From NCBI GenBank assembly GCA_030141605.1, contig JAQGDQ010000248.1:1-64000 (forward strand): a DNA stretch of 64,000 nucleotides, read 5' to 3'. The DNA is from Tubiluchus corallicola (Eukaryota > Animalia > Priapulida). The notes beneath the pieces are model-generated. The model worked only from the letters and a program-made list of their open reading frames with translations. It did no database searches and had not been told where the DNA came from. This document shows, in pieces, positions 42,237 through 53,429 of the stretch (its first letter is position 1; the number at the start of each line of letters is the position of its first letter). A program made the translations under genes and the position numbers.

Positions 42237-45200
42237 TTCTCTAGAGCAAAATTGCACGTGTGACTAGCATGGCAACTTATCTCGTAACTTATAGCAACTC
42301 TCGCTGAGCTTACAATAAGTTGCGAGATAAGTTGCTAAGGCAGTCGCACGTGCAACTTTACTCTTAGAGAGAAGTTGCACAACAAGTTGCGAGAGAAGTC
42401 TTCACGTCTGAACATGCCATTAGACTAACCGAAGGTTTTTAGAATGTTGAAAGTTGCAGTAATGACAACGATAAATTAGCATAAGATAAACATAAATCGT
42501 TTTCACCACTTTTTGTAATCAGATGTACCTATTCTGTCATTTTACGTTTTTTTCCGAAACAGCTCTTGAGTTACTACGGTAAGCAGAAGAAAAAGTGCAA
42601 AACTTCATCTGCAGACTAAAAAATTTCAGTTATTGTGCAAAATTTACCAGGAAATGAACATCTTGGCCAATTAGCTGAAGAGCAAATTTAAATTCAATTT
42701 AGTGAGTGACTTATGAAACATATTCTGTAAATAAAAATTCTAGATAATTTTAGTTGCGCTAGTATTACTTACTTGTAAGAGATATGGTCACATCTTCAGG
42801 CAACGTTTGACTATGCATAACAGGCATATCCACATGCTGTAGCCCAGTTTCAGATATTACCATATTGGTAAGCCTGCGATTATAAGATAGATTCAAGTTT
42901 AGAGTAGTAAGCTTTTTACAGCCGATTATGTGAATACTTTTAACGTATTTCATAGAGCTAAATACTTTTGGGTTTATATAAGTTACGTTAGGATTGTTTA
43001 TTAACCATATGGATGACGTAACATTGGCATGTAAAAACGAAGCTCTTATGCGTTCCATTCTCAACTGATGTATCTGGAGCACACGAAATGACTTCCTCTC
43101 CAAGAAAGGTCGGGGAAAATGGATTTCCACATAATTCCATATCTCAAGGTGTTCCACGTAAGCAGGCAAACCATCTCTTATCATTTCTACATTGTATAAA
43201 TAAAGCCAGGAAAATTTTCCACAAACTATCCTGCATGGATTACTGTTTATAATTATGCATATGATTGGTGGTATCTGATCACCACACAAATTTGGTGGCT
43301 GTGGAGCGGATGTGGATGGCGGAGGCCCTGTTGGAATTCCGTAACATTGATAGTCAAAATCTGGGAGTTGTATGTTAGACCTTGGTGGTTCTTTACAATT
43401 TATGAACGAAGGTTGTTTCCATTTCTCCTCTCTCGTCCAACGCATGGAGCAGTTACAAATTAGTGGATTTCCTAAAATGACAAGTAATCAAAAACATTAT
43501 TGCTGTTCCAACTTATGTTGGTCGTTGTTGAGATTAAAGTTGGCTTTGAATAAAGATTATGATATCACCTCTTCAAAACAGGTTATGTTTTCATAACTGT
43601 TTTATTGTTTCTAGCAGGATTAAAGAGAAACTAGTTAACGAGTTTCCCAGAAACTTTGGGCAATGGTGAGTAAGAGAACATTAAAGCGACCACAAACAAG
43701 CAGATCAGAACAAAATAACTGGTGCAGAATAAGTAAACTCATCTGGTAAAATCACTATTCCATAAAATATTGACTTTATGCTGAATTTATAACGTCTTGA
43801 AGGTAAAAGAGGCGGAGGTCTAACAGCTGGAAAACACCCCCGCAATGACCTCAGACGGCGTGATCAGATTAGAGAGTTTCCATTCTGACAGCAAACCTGC
43901 AAATGTGAATTGCTTTGCGAGTTACTATCGGCAAGTCATTGCAAACTGTTTAGTTCAAACATAATTTATTTAGGATTGGATCAGGCAGTTTGTACAACAT
44001 GATTTAAGATCCTCACCACAACAGACTTTATACACTATTTACAAGAACATTTACAGTAAGAATAGACTATACTTAGTTTTTAGTATACTAAAGTTTTACT
44101 ACAGTGATACATTAGACATTAGTAAAAAATGACGGTTAGTAAATATTGATGTATGATTATTTAAGAATGATGAATTTTATATCAGATAGAAACTACTGGA
44201 AGCGTTTAGTACATAATATAAAGTCATGTATACATTGGAATATTTTACAGTTAGTAACATAGTTAAATTCATCTTTACTGAATAATAACAACTTGAACAG
44301 ATCATTATTTCCTAAGACAGCTATATTAAGGTTTTCGGGCAGAAGTATTGATTTAATTTGCCAAACATAACTACCCTAGCCAGTTGATGCAATGGGCAGT
44401 GCAACAAAAAGTGTTCAACAGACTCAAATCGAAATCCACAGTTAAAATTCGGCAATATTGGATCGTTTTTATCTTTACAGCCTTTAGAGAAAAGGTCATA
44501 GTTTAGCTGAGAAAATCCGATTCTCATGCGCGTATGATGCACTGATATTGGAGGTTTACCAAATGAAAAATGTTTCTTGCGCAACGAAAAACTTAAATGA
44601 GATTTGAGCTCTTGTTTGAATTGTGAAATGGCTGTAATTTCACGAATGTTCTGTGGTAAGTTGTTCCACATGTTAATGGTCGATATGAAAAACGATTTTT
44701 CACAGCTAACAGAACGGCAATTAAAATTTCTGTATTTAGTACCACTGCGTATATAATAGGGGGTAACTTCGTTTACCTTTGGCGGCAGAATTGCACTTAA
44801 ATAGTGGGGCACCAAGTCATTGATTAATTTGAAAAAAAGACATAGGCGATGATAATGGAAGCGTGTCATTAATTTAGTGAATCCACTGTCAGACAAGACA
44901 CTTGCAGGGGAAGATCGAAACATAGCGCCAGAACAGATTCTAGCAGCAGTTAGCTGAATATTTTCTAACAAACGTATACTGTTTTCACTGCATCCTGACC
45001 ATACTACGTTACCATATTCGATGGCAGGGAGAATAGTCGTAATGAATAATCGTTCCCGCGTAGCTCTGGCCATATTAACTGACACGCGTCGAAAGTTGTT
45101 TAGATTTAGATTTGCTTTGTCTACCATTTTTGAGACGTGATACTTCCAGTTCAGGTTAGATGTAACATGAATACCTAAATGTTTGTGAACATTTACAGTT

Positions 45201-48200
45201 TTCAGTGGAGTATTAGATAAATACAGAGTAGAATATTGAGGAGCATTGGATTTACGGGAGAAAAGCATGACTTCGGTTTTATTAGGATTAAATTTAACCA
45301 ACCAACGTTTGGCCCAGTTTTCAATTATTCTGAGATCTGCCTTTAAGCGATTTGCTGATGTATATGGGTCATCCTTAAACGAATCCATTAAAACCGTATC
45401 GTCTGCAAAAAGGCGAATATCAGATTGAATGTCTTCTGTTATATCATTAACATACACTAAAAATAGAAGGGGACCTACGATAGAACCTTGGGGGACGCCA
45501 GATAAAAGTGACCTCGCATCAGCTGTATTACCGTTTAGCGTTACTCTTTGTGTTCGGTTACGAAGGTAAGATGATAGCCAAGACAGAAGTTGGCCACTTA
45601 CTCCATACTGCTTTAATTTGAATATCAAGCCTACATGCCACACCTTATCAAAAGCTTTACTGATGTCCAGAAAAACGCTACAGATTTCAGCACCGTCGTC
45701 TAAACTTGTATACAAATTGTGAACGATTGAAACTAGCTGGTTGATGGTGCTATCGTTTGATTTGAACCCCGAGTTCTTTTCCGTCAAAAAGTTATTATCA
45801 ATAGCAAAGTAGTTATACATTTGATTAAAGACAACGCGTTCTAGAATCTTAGACATACATGAAAGTAGTGCCAAGGGTCTGTAGTTCGGCAGACATTTGC
45901 AACTTTCCACAAGCTAGGAAAATGACCTGACTGTAATGAGAAGTTAAACAATCGGGTTAATGGGCTTGATAATGAATCTGCACAAAGCTTTAGTACTTTG
46001 TTGCTTATTCCATCAGGACCTACAGATTTGCTCGTATTGACGTTATTTAATAGTGTTTTCACTAAATCTTCGTGTACAGTAATGTGTGACATGTATGTAT
46101 CAGTCTTCAATACGAATCTGGGTAATGAAGCATTTGAAATGTTCAAATGGCACTGCTGGGCAAAGTAATTGTTAAATGCATTGCACTTGGAAATCGCATC
46201 ACTTAGGACAACACCAGCTTCATCTATAATGGGAGGAATAAAATAGTCACACGTATTTTTGTAAAAACTTTTAGTAATTTCCCACCAGACTTTAGGGCAT
46301 GTTTCAGGATTCAATAGCTTCTCGTTCAGTTTGTCTGAATAGTCACGTTTGGCTTTTTAACAGCATTGTTGTACTTATTTCTAATAGTAGTATAGGACTG
46401 CCACGAAGCATTCGTCCTGTTTAATTTATAATTTCTGTGCGCCTTTTCTTTTTGTACTCTAAGCTTTCGAACGTGACTATTCATCCAAGGCTTATCGCGT
46501 GGGCGTATTGTTACAATTTGATTAGGCACACAAGAATCAATCATTTTCACTAGATTGTCAACAAATAATTGAAAAACAACAGCAACAGATTCATTTGAAA
46601 ATACAGCCTCCCAATTTGCAGCAGAGATTTGTTGATTTAATGCTGGCCAATCCGCTAAATTATAATTATATACCTTTCTTTTGAAAGCATGGCGTACTGG
46701 AATTTTGACACAAATTTTCCCAAAAATAGGGTTATGATCGTATGTAAAGATTTGTGGAAGCACACCGTAGTTAGTAAATAATCTAGGTGAGTCTGTGATA
46801 ATCAAATCCAGTACAGACTTTGACGTACTAGTTACTCGAATGGGATCAGTAATTAACTGGAACAATTGATTTTGTACAACAAAATTATTTAATTTAAGGC
46901 CCATTGGATTTTCGTTTAGCACTGCCTGGTCCCAGGCTTTACATTTGGCGTTAAAGTCGCCAACAAATACAATGCTATAGGGGTGCTTAGGTTGAGAGGT
47001 TAGTAGGTTATTGTAAGATTCATCTAGTGCTGCAATAAATCGGTCTTCACCTGCTGCATCTTGGGATGGGGACCTATAACAAATGCACATATAGAGTGTA
47101 TTATCCTTTAAACTGATCTCTATCCACATAAATTCACACAGATTCTGTGGTAACAACTCAGTCCTTGTTTTAAAATGTATGTGATTGGCCGCATAAAATG
47201 CTACTCCACCACCATTTCTGTCCCGATCTTTTCTGACTGGATCTTGGAAATCGAAAAGACGAATTTCGTCATTTACTATGGACTGATCTAGCCATGTTTC
47301 TGTCAGAACGATGACATCATAATTGTTGGTGTTAGCGACTAACTGCAACTCGTCCAACTTAAAGGATTCGTTGTTCGCTAGGAGGCTTCGTACGTTGGAG
47401 TGATAGAAAGAAAAACACTTTTTGTTTGTACGATTGTTATTAGTGTTTCCGTAACTGTTCACGTTGTGAATATTACTGAATGTTGCTAGAAGGAGTTTTA
47501 TTAGACTCTCTCATGGATAACGCTTCTTCATATTTCGAGCACTCCCTGTACCACGCCTCGTGCGCGCCACCACAGTTTGAACATTTTACACGTTCATTGC
47601 TACAAGTGCTGGTTTTATGACTAGATGAACATTTTCCACAGACAGTTTTAGATTTGCACCAATTTGCTACATGATTATATTTGTAGCAGCTGAAGCACTG
47701 TACTGGTTTGTTAGCGACTATGAACTTCTCGACTTGAGAGTACATATTACCAATGGGAATGCCATCAAAGATAGCGGTTTCTAAATCATCAGCTGAATTA
47801 AAATATACTTTAGCTAGGGGAAGCACCGTTCCATCTTTTTTCTTGAACCTGTACACTTTCACGTCAGTGTAATGTTTACTAATCTCATCTAATAGTTCAT
47901 CATCGGTCAAGCTTAGGTCGCAGCCTCGTAGTAAGCCAATGGTATTTTGTAGAGGCGATCTAGCTGAAGTCTCTGTGCCCAGGTACTTAGGCAGCCAGTT
48001 ATCTATCATTAACTTTGCTTCTTCTTTGTGCTTAAGTTGCACTTGTATCATACCTTTAGCTGTCTTTCTGATGTTGTCAAACTGCGTTAGAGGGAAGTGG
48101 TGGGATAATTGTTTTTTGATGGAGAAGTTTGATCTAACAATTTCTTTATCTTTTACATTGCTGATTATTACAGTACGAGACGGATCATAAATGGTTTTGG

Positions 48201-49962
48201 TTAATTTCGTTTTGTCGTCAGACTTGTTTTCTGCTGACAGCTTGGCACTATTCACGGCTCTAGGCATCGATACTATATCACTCCACAATGGTTTTGAGCT
48301 GCAGCTCATTTTATTGTCTAGAGCTTCAAGTTTATCACTCAACTGGCTAATTCTAGTTTCAAAATCGGACTGCCAGACAGTTTGCTTTCCGGACAGAATA
48401 TTCAGGACCTCAGTTATTTGATTTCTGTCGTTGCATAATTTAATCAAATTGATGGCTGCGGTTTTTAAATCAGCTATAATTTTGTCTTCAGGGCTTGCAC
48501 TGTTTTCTTTGTTTTCTATTTCAATGAAGTATAAGCTAGTGTCCGAAGTAACTGTAGCCCTACTGTCTAAGGAAATACATGTTAAGTCACTGACAGAATT
48601 TCGCCTATTGTTCTCATCTAGGTGATTGTTCTCGCATTTGCTGCAGTCTGCAGACAACAGCGCAGAGTCTTGCAAGACGTACTGGTGATTTAGCAGACCT
48701 GCAAAACTCACAACTTTTTCTTTCTCTAGCTTGTTTGCTAGAATCGGTCGATTACTAATTGGGTCTTTGTGACTCATTGTTCAGGCAAATCACAACGATT
48801 ATTGCCACCACCCCAATGGGCGCCAAAATAGCTTAACATTAGCGATTGCTACACTTATTTTGTCGTTTTTTCAGGTATTCTCCAAAAATTGTCAACAGCA
48901 CGAAAAAGATATTATCATAAACGAAAGGAATATATATTCACACACGTGTTAGTATGAATGACTTCACAGCATAACCAGTATAATAGCCACAATTTTCAAG
49001 AAATCTGCAAGAGCATTTAGCACAACTAGGTTACAATCTTGCGCATGCGCAATAAATGTTTCACAGTTGCTGCTAGTTGATTCCATGCAGGTTAATATAT
49101 AGTCACTAATATCGAGTCAAATCATTTACATACACATTAAAGAGATAAGGTGATAGTACTCCACCTTGTGTTAGTCCATTTATGAGTTTAAAACCGTCAG
49201 AGACAGCCCGACACTATTTAACAGTTGCTGACCAATTAGTCATAGCAGCTGGAAAATCATATTTTTAGCTTATCATGCTGCGTAATTCACAAGATCGAAA
49301 GCTTTACCAGAAAAGTAATAAAGATACTTACCTATGAAATACATAGTTAAGTTCTCGGGTGACATGTCTGGGTGGAATTTCGGTTTGGGTAAAAAATCTG
49401 TAGCTGTTTCTACTATCATTAGCCATGATAGCTTAGGATTTTCCGAAAAATCAAGACGTTGTATATCTAAAGATCTTGCATAGATGACAAGAAAAGTCTC
49501 GAGATTCTGCAGTTTGGCAAATGCTCTGGGATGTAAGGTTAACAGTTCGTCGTTAAATTTGAAATGCAAATCTGTAATGTCTCCATAGAAGGCATCTTTG
49601 CCAATTGTTTTCAGTTTAGGAGAAGATTGTAATTTCAGGTCTGGCACCTGCTTTCCTTCTAGAAATCGAGCAGGCAGCTCAGAGCCCTGGTAGAAACATA
49701 TTAGTAAGTCAATATTATCTTGCTCTTGTTGTGTTATATTGTTCAGCAGTGTAGCTTTCAGTGGAACCTCTTTTCCACACCAAATGTGGCAATGTTTTGT
49801 ACCCGTCACGTGTATCTCAAAAGAACAGTTATTTCTAGGTTGACACTTTGATCGCCACGCGGGCGTCGACGTACCGCATGGAAGTTTTGCGATTTTTGGT
49901 ATAGAATGCGTGACACGTGTGGTCGAAAACACTACGCAAACTGCTATCACGAGAAAATACAT
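39045..49962 (-). CDS. Intact extracellular LRR protein with four tandem Cys-capped LRR modules; 5 exons, ~1003 aa, signal peptide and hydrophobic C-terminal GPI/TM-like tail
   Basis: Minus-strand exons 49962-49332 (631 nt), 43471-42773 (699), 41928-41263 (666), 40887-40117 (771), 39289-39045 (245); 3012 nt, open frame. All donors GTAAGT, all introns phase 1. Exons 2-5 start with LRRCT motifs (GNPLICNCSMRW, NNPLYCDCSMMW, GNSIPCDCSLSW, ASPLHCNCSMKW). LRR strands such as LRTIHPRAF and LDLSNN. N-terminus MYFLVIAVCVVFST; C-terminus LKILNACLCLFGLFLTVGL*. Confidence 0.85.
41952..42420. mobile_element. Fold-back MITE containing an expanded (CT)n tract, in LRR intron 2
   Basis: TIRs atggtgcattcagacgt / acgtctgaacatgccat, TA on both sides, internal inverted repeat gcaacttatctcgtaactta / taagttgcgagataagttgc. 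Confidence 0.65.
41982..42241. repeat. (CT)n / C-rich polypyrimidine microsatellite, ~260 bp
   Basis: Almost pure C/T run on the + strand. Confidence 0.95.
44321..47462 (-). pseudogene. LINE ORF2 (AP endonuclease, reverse transcriptase, C-terminal Cys/His motif) split by two frameshifts
   Basis: APE motifs NVRSL, LTETWL, GGGV, YRSP, GDFN, LDL, DH in 46326-47462; linker with GPDGI in 45841-46314; RT motifs NYRP, FLDISKAFD, GVPQGS, FADD, HLG and ESVEHFLLHCP in 44321-45910. Frame breaks near 46320 and 45890. Confidence 0.9.
47473..48777 (-). CDS. LINE ORF1, gag-like nucleic-acid-binding protein with three CCHC knuckles
   Basis: 434-aa ORF with a coiled-coil-like segment and CFSCYKYNHVANWC, CGKCSSSHKTSTC, CSNCGGAHEAWYREC. 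Confidence 0.88.
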   Translation of the reverse strand: MSHKDPISNRPILANKLEKEKVVSFAGLLNHQYVLQDSALLSADCSKCENNHLDENNRRNSVSDLTCISLDSRATVTSDTSLYFIEIENKENSASPEDKIIADLKTAAINLIKLCNDRNQITEVLNILSGKQTVWQSDFETRISQLSDKLEALDNKMSCSSKPLWSDIVSMPRAVNSAKLSAENKSDDKTKLTKTIYDPSRTVIISNVKDKEIVRSNFSIKKQLSHHFPLTQFDNIRKTAKGMIQVQLKHKEEAKLMIDNWLPKYLGTETSARSPLQNTIGLLRGCDLSLTDDELLDEISKHYTDVKVYRFKKKDGTVLPLAKVYFNSADDLETAIFDGIPIGNMYSQVEKFIVANKPVQCFSCYKYNHVANWCKSKTVCGKCSSSHKTSTCSNERVKCSNCGGAHEAWYRECSKYEEALSMRESNKTPSSNIQ

Positions 49963-50470
49963 TCACACTGTACCATTAAATTACACCTAACTGATTATAC
50001 AAGCCGTTTTTTTAATATTCTGACATGTAGCGTTACCTTGAGGTAGTTTCAAACATCATTTGGTCAAATTTTGTTCTACAAACAATAAGAATAGCTAGAA
50101 AATCTAAAAAGTCAATCAGTACTATTAATAATAATTCGACTACCCACGAAATAAGCTGAACAAATTGGGTAATGTTTAAACACTGGCAATAGCTCTTAAA
50201 CAAAGAAGTTTTGTTTAGCCTGAGCCACGTCTTTTAGCATTAATGTCATCACAAAGACTTTAAGCAAGATATCCCATAGAGACGTTTAATTTTGCTATAA
50301 ATATAACTTCATCAGTATCGAAGAAGAAAACGCAGCAATAGAATGTACATTCAAAACTACAGTCCATTGTGTTCAAACATTTGGAACCATAATGTAAACA
50401 ATATTATATTGTTCGCTATGTACAAAAGAATATATTAATTAACAGTAAAAATTATTTCCCAATGCAGATC

Positions 50471-50533
50471 AGGATTAAGGTTGGACTAAGGTTTAGGCTT
50501 AGGTTTAGGGTTAGATTTATTTAGGATTAGGAT
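50471..50533 (+). repeat. Degenerate TTAGGN telomere-like tract upstream of the LRR gene (also 27843-27907)
   Basis: ttaagg ttggac taaggt ttaggc ttaggt ttaggg ttagat ... ttagga ttagga. Confidence 0.6.
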
Positions 50534-52004
50534 CAAAGCTACTGTATTTAAATTGTTGTGCCGCCAGGATTTGAAACCTAACCAGGGGGAGATGGTCATG
50601 TAAGAGTCGCAAAAATTCAAGTTGACAATCAACAAACAGCGAGATGAATTTCCTGGAATCATGTGATGATGGTTGACGCATTACGAGGGGGAGGATGGAG
50701 AAGAAAATTATTTTTATTACTCTAAATTTAAATTTATATTGCGTTTTCATCATATTTTTGTAAGTCTTTCATAGTGCTGCCACCTTCAGGCATTCTTGTT
50801 AAAATTGTTAAATCTTGCCCTTCTTGTCCTTTACTGTTTTAAATTTCATTGGCTTCTATAGCCTTCATCTTTGCAGAATTTCTAAACCTGTTTTCACACC
50901 TGAACTGATTTCACCTGTAATTTTGGTCAATCGTTTTGCGCCTTTCAACTTCACACTACTTCACTGATTCCACACTACTTCCGAATAAAATCTTAAAACT
51001 AAATTTTAACGTTTTTTTTTGTTTTTTTCCAGTTAATTATCATCATCATCATTATTGCTGCTACTGTTACTGTTACTGTTACTGTTTGTACTGCTTGAAC
51101 TTAGTCGAAAGCTTGAATGCAGTGTGATGAAAAGAGAAGAAACATAGAATTATTTATTTATTCTCTTAAGAATAAATGATTTCTCATGAAAATGACTAAT
51201 AATATAGCGACAGTTATTTTTACGCTAAAGCAAATAACATAATTTTTACAATTTTTATAATGAGGCGTCGACACGACCAATTCAAGGCAAACTTATCGAC
51301 AAAATTTGTAGCACTAATACCCAAGTACTAACCCCTAAATTACTAGCTAACTTGTGACACCATTAAGTACTAATCTCTAAGTTGCTCAGTAATAAGTACA
51401 AACATTTCTGCTATTTTTCTTTAGTTTCAGTTCGTTAATTTTACATTTTTCACATATCAGACAATATCACATTTTCTTTTAAAATCAGCATTTTTTCGAG
51501 CTATGATAATCCGCAATAGCTTCTTTAGAACCAAGCCTAGGACAACAGGAACTCTTGAAAACAATGAAGGCAGTGTTAACATTGTTTTCGCGTTCATTCC
51601 ATTAAGAAAGAAGTTCCACAATTCTAACTCTACTGTTTAATGAGGTTGGCACCATAAACAGAAAAAACTGTGGTATAATAAATTCTTATTCTTCAGTCTG
51701 AAAAGCAGGGTAAAGATGATTTGAAAAAGTTTTGCAGCTTTCCATTGTTGTAAAACTTCTCTTGAAATAATGTGGTTTTTGTTAACCCCCCGTAAATGCG
51801 ATTCCAAGTCTTGTACATTAAGTTTGCTAAACTTTCTCTTGCTTTTCATTGAAACATGCGGATTTTGAACATTCTATCCAAACAATTCTGGTCAAACTTC
51901 GCCTAGCGTTTATGACTCACTCGTCTAGTCAATAACAATATACTTAATCTCTCGTACCTTGGAAAAGCATTTGTTAAAGACATCATAAAAGTGTCAACTT
52001 TATT

Positions 52005-53206
52005 TGTGATGACCCTGATCCTGTATTTCCTCTAGGGGAATCAAAGAGGGGCATGCTGCGTTAGTTTTACATCTCATAACAGAAGGGAGCTAGTATGATA
52101 GTCACTAAATGTATGGATGCAGATCGGCCTAAGGCTAATGTTAAAAATACGGGGGACTATGGCCTATTTGCATTCTATACACTAATGGATTGAAGAAAGA
52201 AAAAGATCAAATGGCAGACATTAAAATAATTAATCAAACAATTTAATCATTAACAAATTCCAAAGTGATTCGATTTAAGCAAAAGTTCAGTAATAACAAA
52301 GATATAGCAATATTGACAAAGCTTGGGGTTAGTAGGGTATATACGTTTGCATAAAGTTCATGTCTGCCCACTTTGTACCTAGGTTTTTTGAAACACCTTT
52401 CCTTTAAAGCGAACAGTTTGTAGAACGGTAGCAATACGTCGTATAACCTCTGCGTCTGAATACAGTTGCGATTCCAAACTTCGTCAGAGAAACTACCAAT
52501 TAGTCTTTACCCAGCAAGTAGCATCGAAGAACATTAGGCTAGTATACGTGATGTTTACGTTATCAGTGCGACGTTAGTTACGATCGTAACAAAAGCGAAA
52601 AGTACCTGTTACCACCCTGGATGTGGTTCTGTAGTAGGTCGATCCATTTGTCAGTCAGTGGTTAACTCCACTACTGCAGACTGCAGGCCAGCATCTCTGG
52701 GACAACTCTGGTTGACGAACACGTGTTACACCAACTAGGCTCTCACAGTATCACCATGTACATTACACACCATATCTTGTGTGAAACGTTCTAGTACGGC
52801 ATTTCTCTTCAACAAAATATAACTTCACAGAGACGAGTAAACGACCTGTCTCGTTCTGTGTCAAGTTGCCGTCTATATCTAAACAGTGTTAAACGAAGTT
52901 CGTCGAGAAGCCACTCGCTTAAACAGCTATAATTTTATTCACCTGTACACTATCGTTAACCTTGACTTAGCCACTGCATTACAGCCGCGATAGGGCAGAC
53001 AAGAGTGGGTCAGACGGAATTCAAAAGGGGGTTTGTTAGTAGGTGCCTACATCCTAACAAAATATCAATAATTAATAATACAATTAACTATCACTGCCAG
53101 TAGCTAGATATCATACATATCAACTAATTAAATATACGGTATGAATAGGGCTTAATGTTGCATAAGCATAATGTGAGAACTATTAAATGTAGGGCGAAAC
53201 ATGACA
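52005..53206 (-). repeat. 3' LTR (1202 bp)
   Basis: tgtgatgaccctg...gcgaaacatgaca; short imperfect terminal inverted repeat TGT(G/C)ATG; about 6 substitutions relative to the other LTR by eye. Confidence 0.92.
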
Positions 53207-53210
53207 GAGT

Positions 53211-53220
53211 CCCCCTCTCC
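53211..53220 (-). other. Polypurine tract
   Basis: GGAGAGGGGG on the minus strand, 4 nt before the 3' LTR. Confidence 0.8.
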
Positions 53221-53429
53221 AAAAAGTGTGTGATGGACTAAAAAAGGACGTCACCACTTTAAATCTATATGCAACATTGAAGTGAAAAAGAAATTGTGAT
53301 AACCTTTCTCTGGCAAAAAAAATATATCAAAAAAAAGTTCGGTCCATATTACAGATCACTTTGCTTAAAAGTTTCCAAGGTTCTCAAAAGAAACATATGC
53401 TATTCTATCTAAAAAAGTGATAAAATTAT

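Larger units (their letters stand above)
43952..49056 (-). mobile_element. Full-length non-LTR retrotransposon (APE-RT LINE, CR1/L2-group-like) in LRR intron 1
   Basis: Absent at the homologous site in unit 2 (gcaaactgtttcacag, ~26405). tgttt is duplicated at 43947-43951 and 49057-49061. Contains ORF1 and a frameshifted ORF2; the 3' end has AATAAA but no poly(A) tail. Clade assignment is tentative. Confidence 0.9.

Noticed and set aside
41945-42257. Ser/Leu/Pro-rich and Arg/Glu-rich ORFs (also 24818-25015)
   Set aside because: Translations of the (CT)n microsatellite.
45246-48625. Plus-strand ORFs overlapping the LINE (and 56165-56509, 57781-57969 in the LTR element)
   Set aside because: Antisense shadows of long coding frames.
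20616-49962. VLR-like somatic assembly from LRR cassettes
   Set aside because: The LRR pieces are ordinary exons with canonical splice sites forming one complete gene; no incomplete germline gene or recombination signals are visible. Pseudogene-donor conversion cannot be excluded but has no direct support.
52243-52434. 63-aa ORF duplicated at 58890-59081
   Set aside because: Lies inside the LTRs; no motif or other coding evidence.
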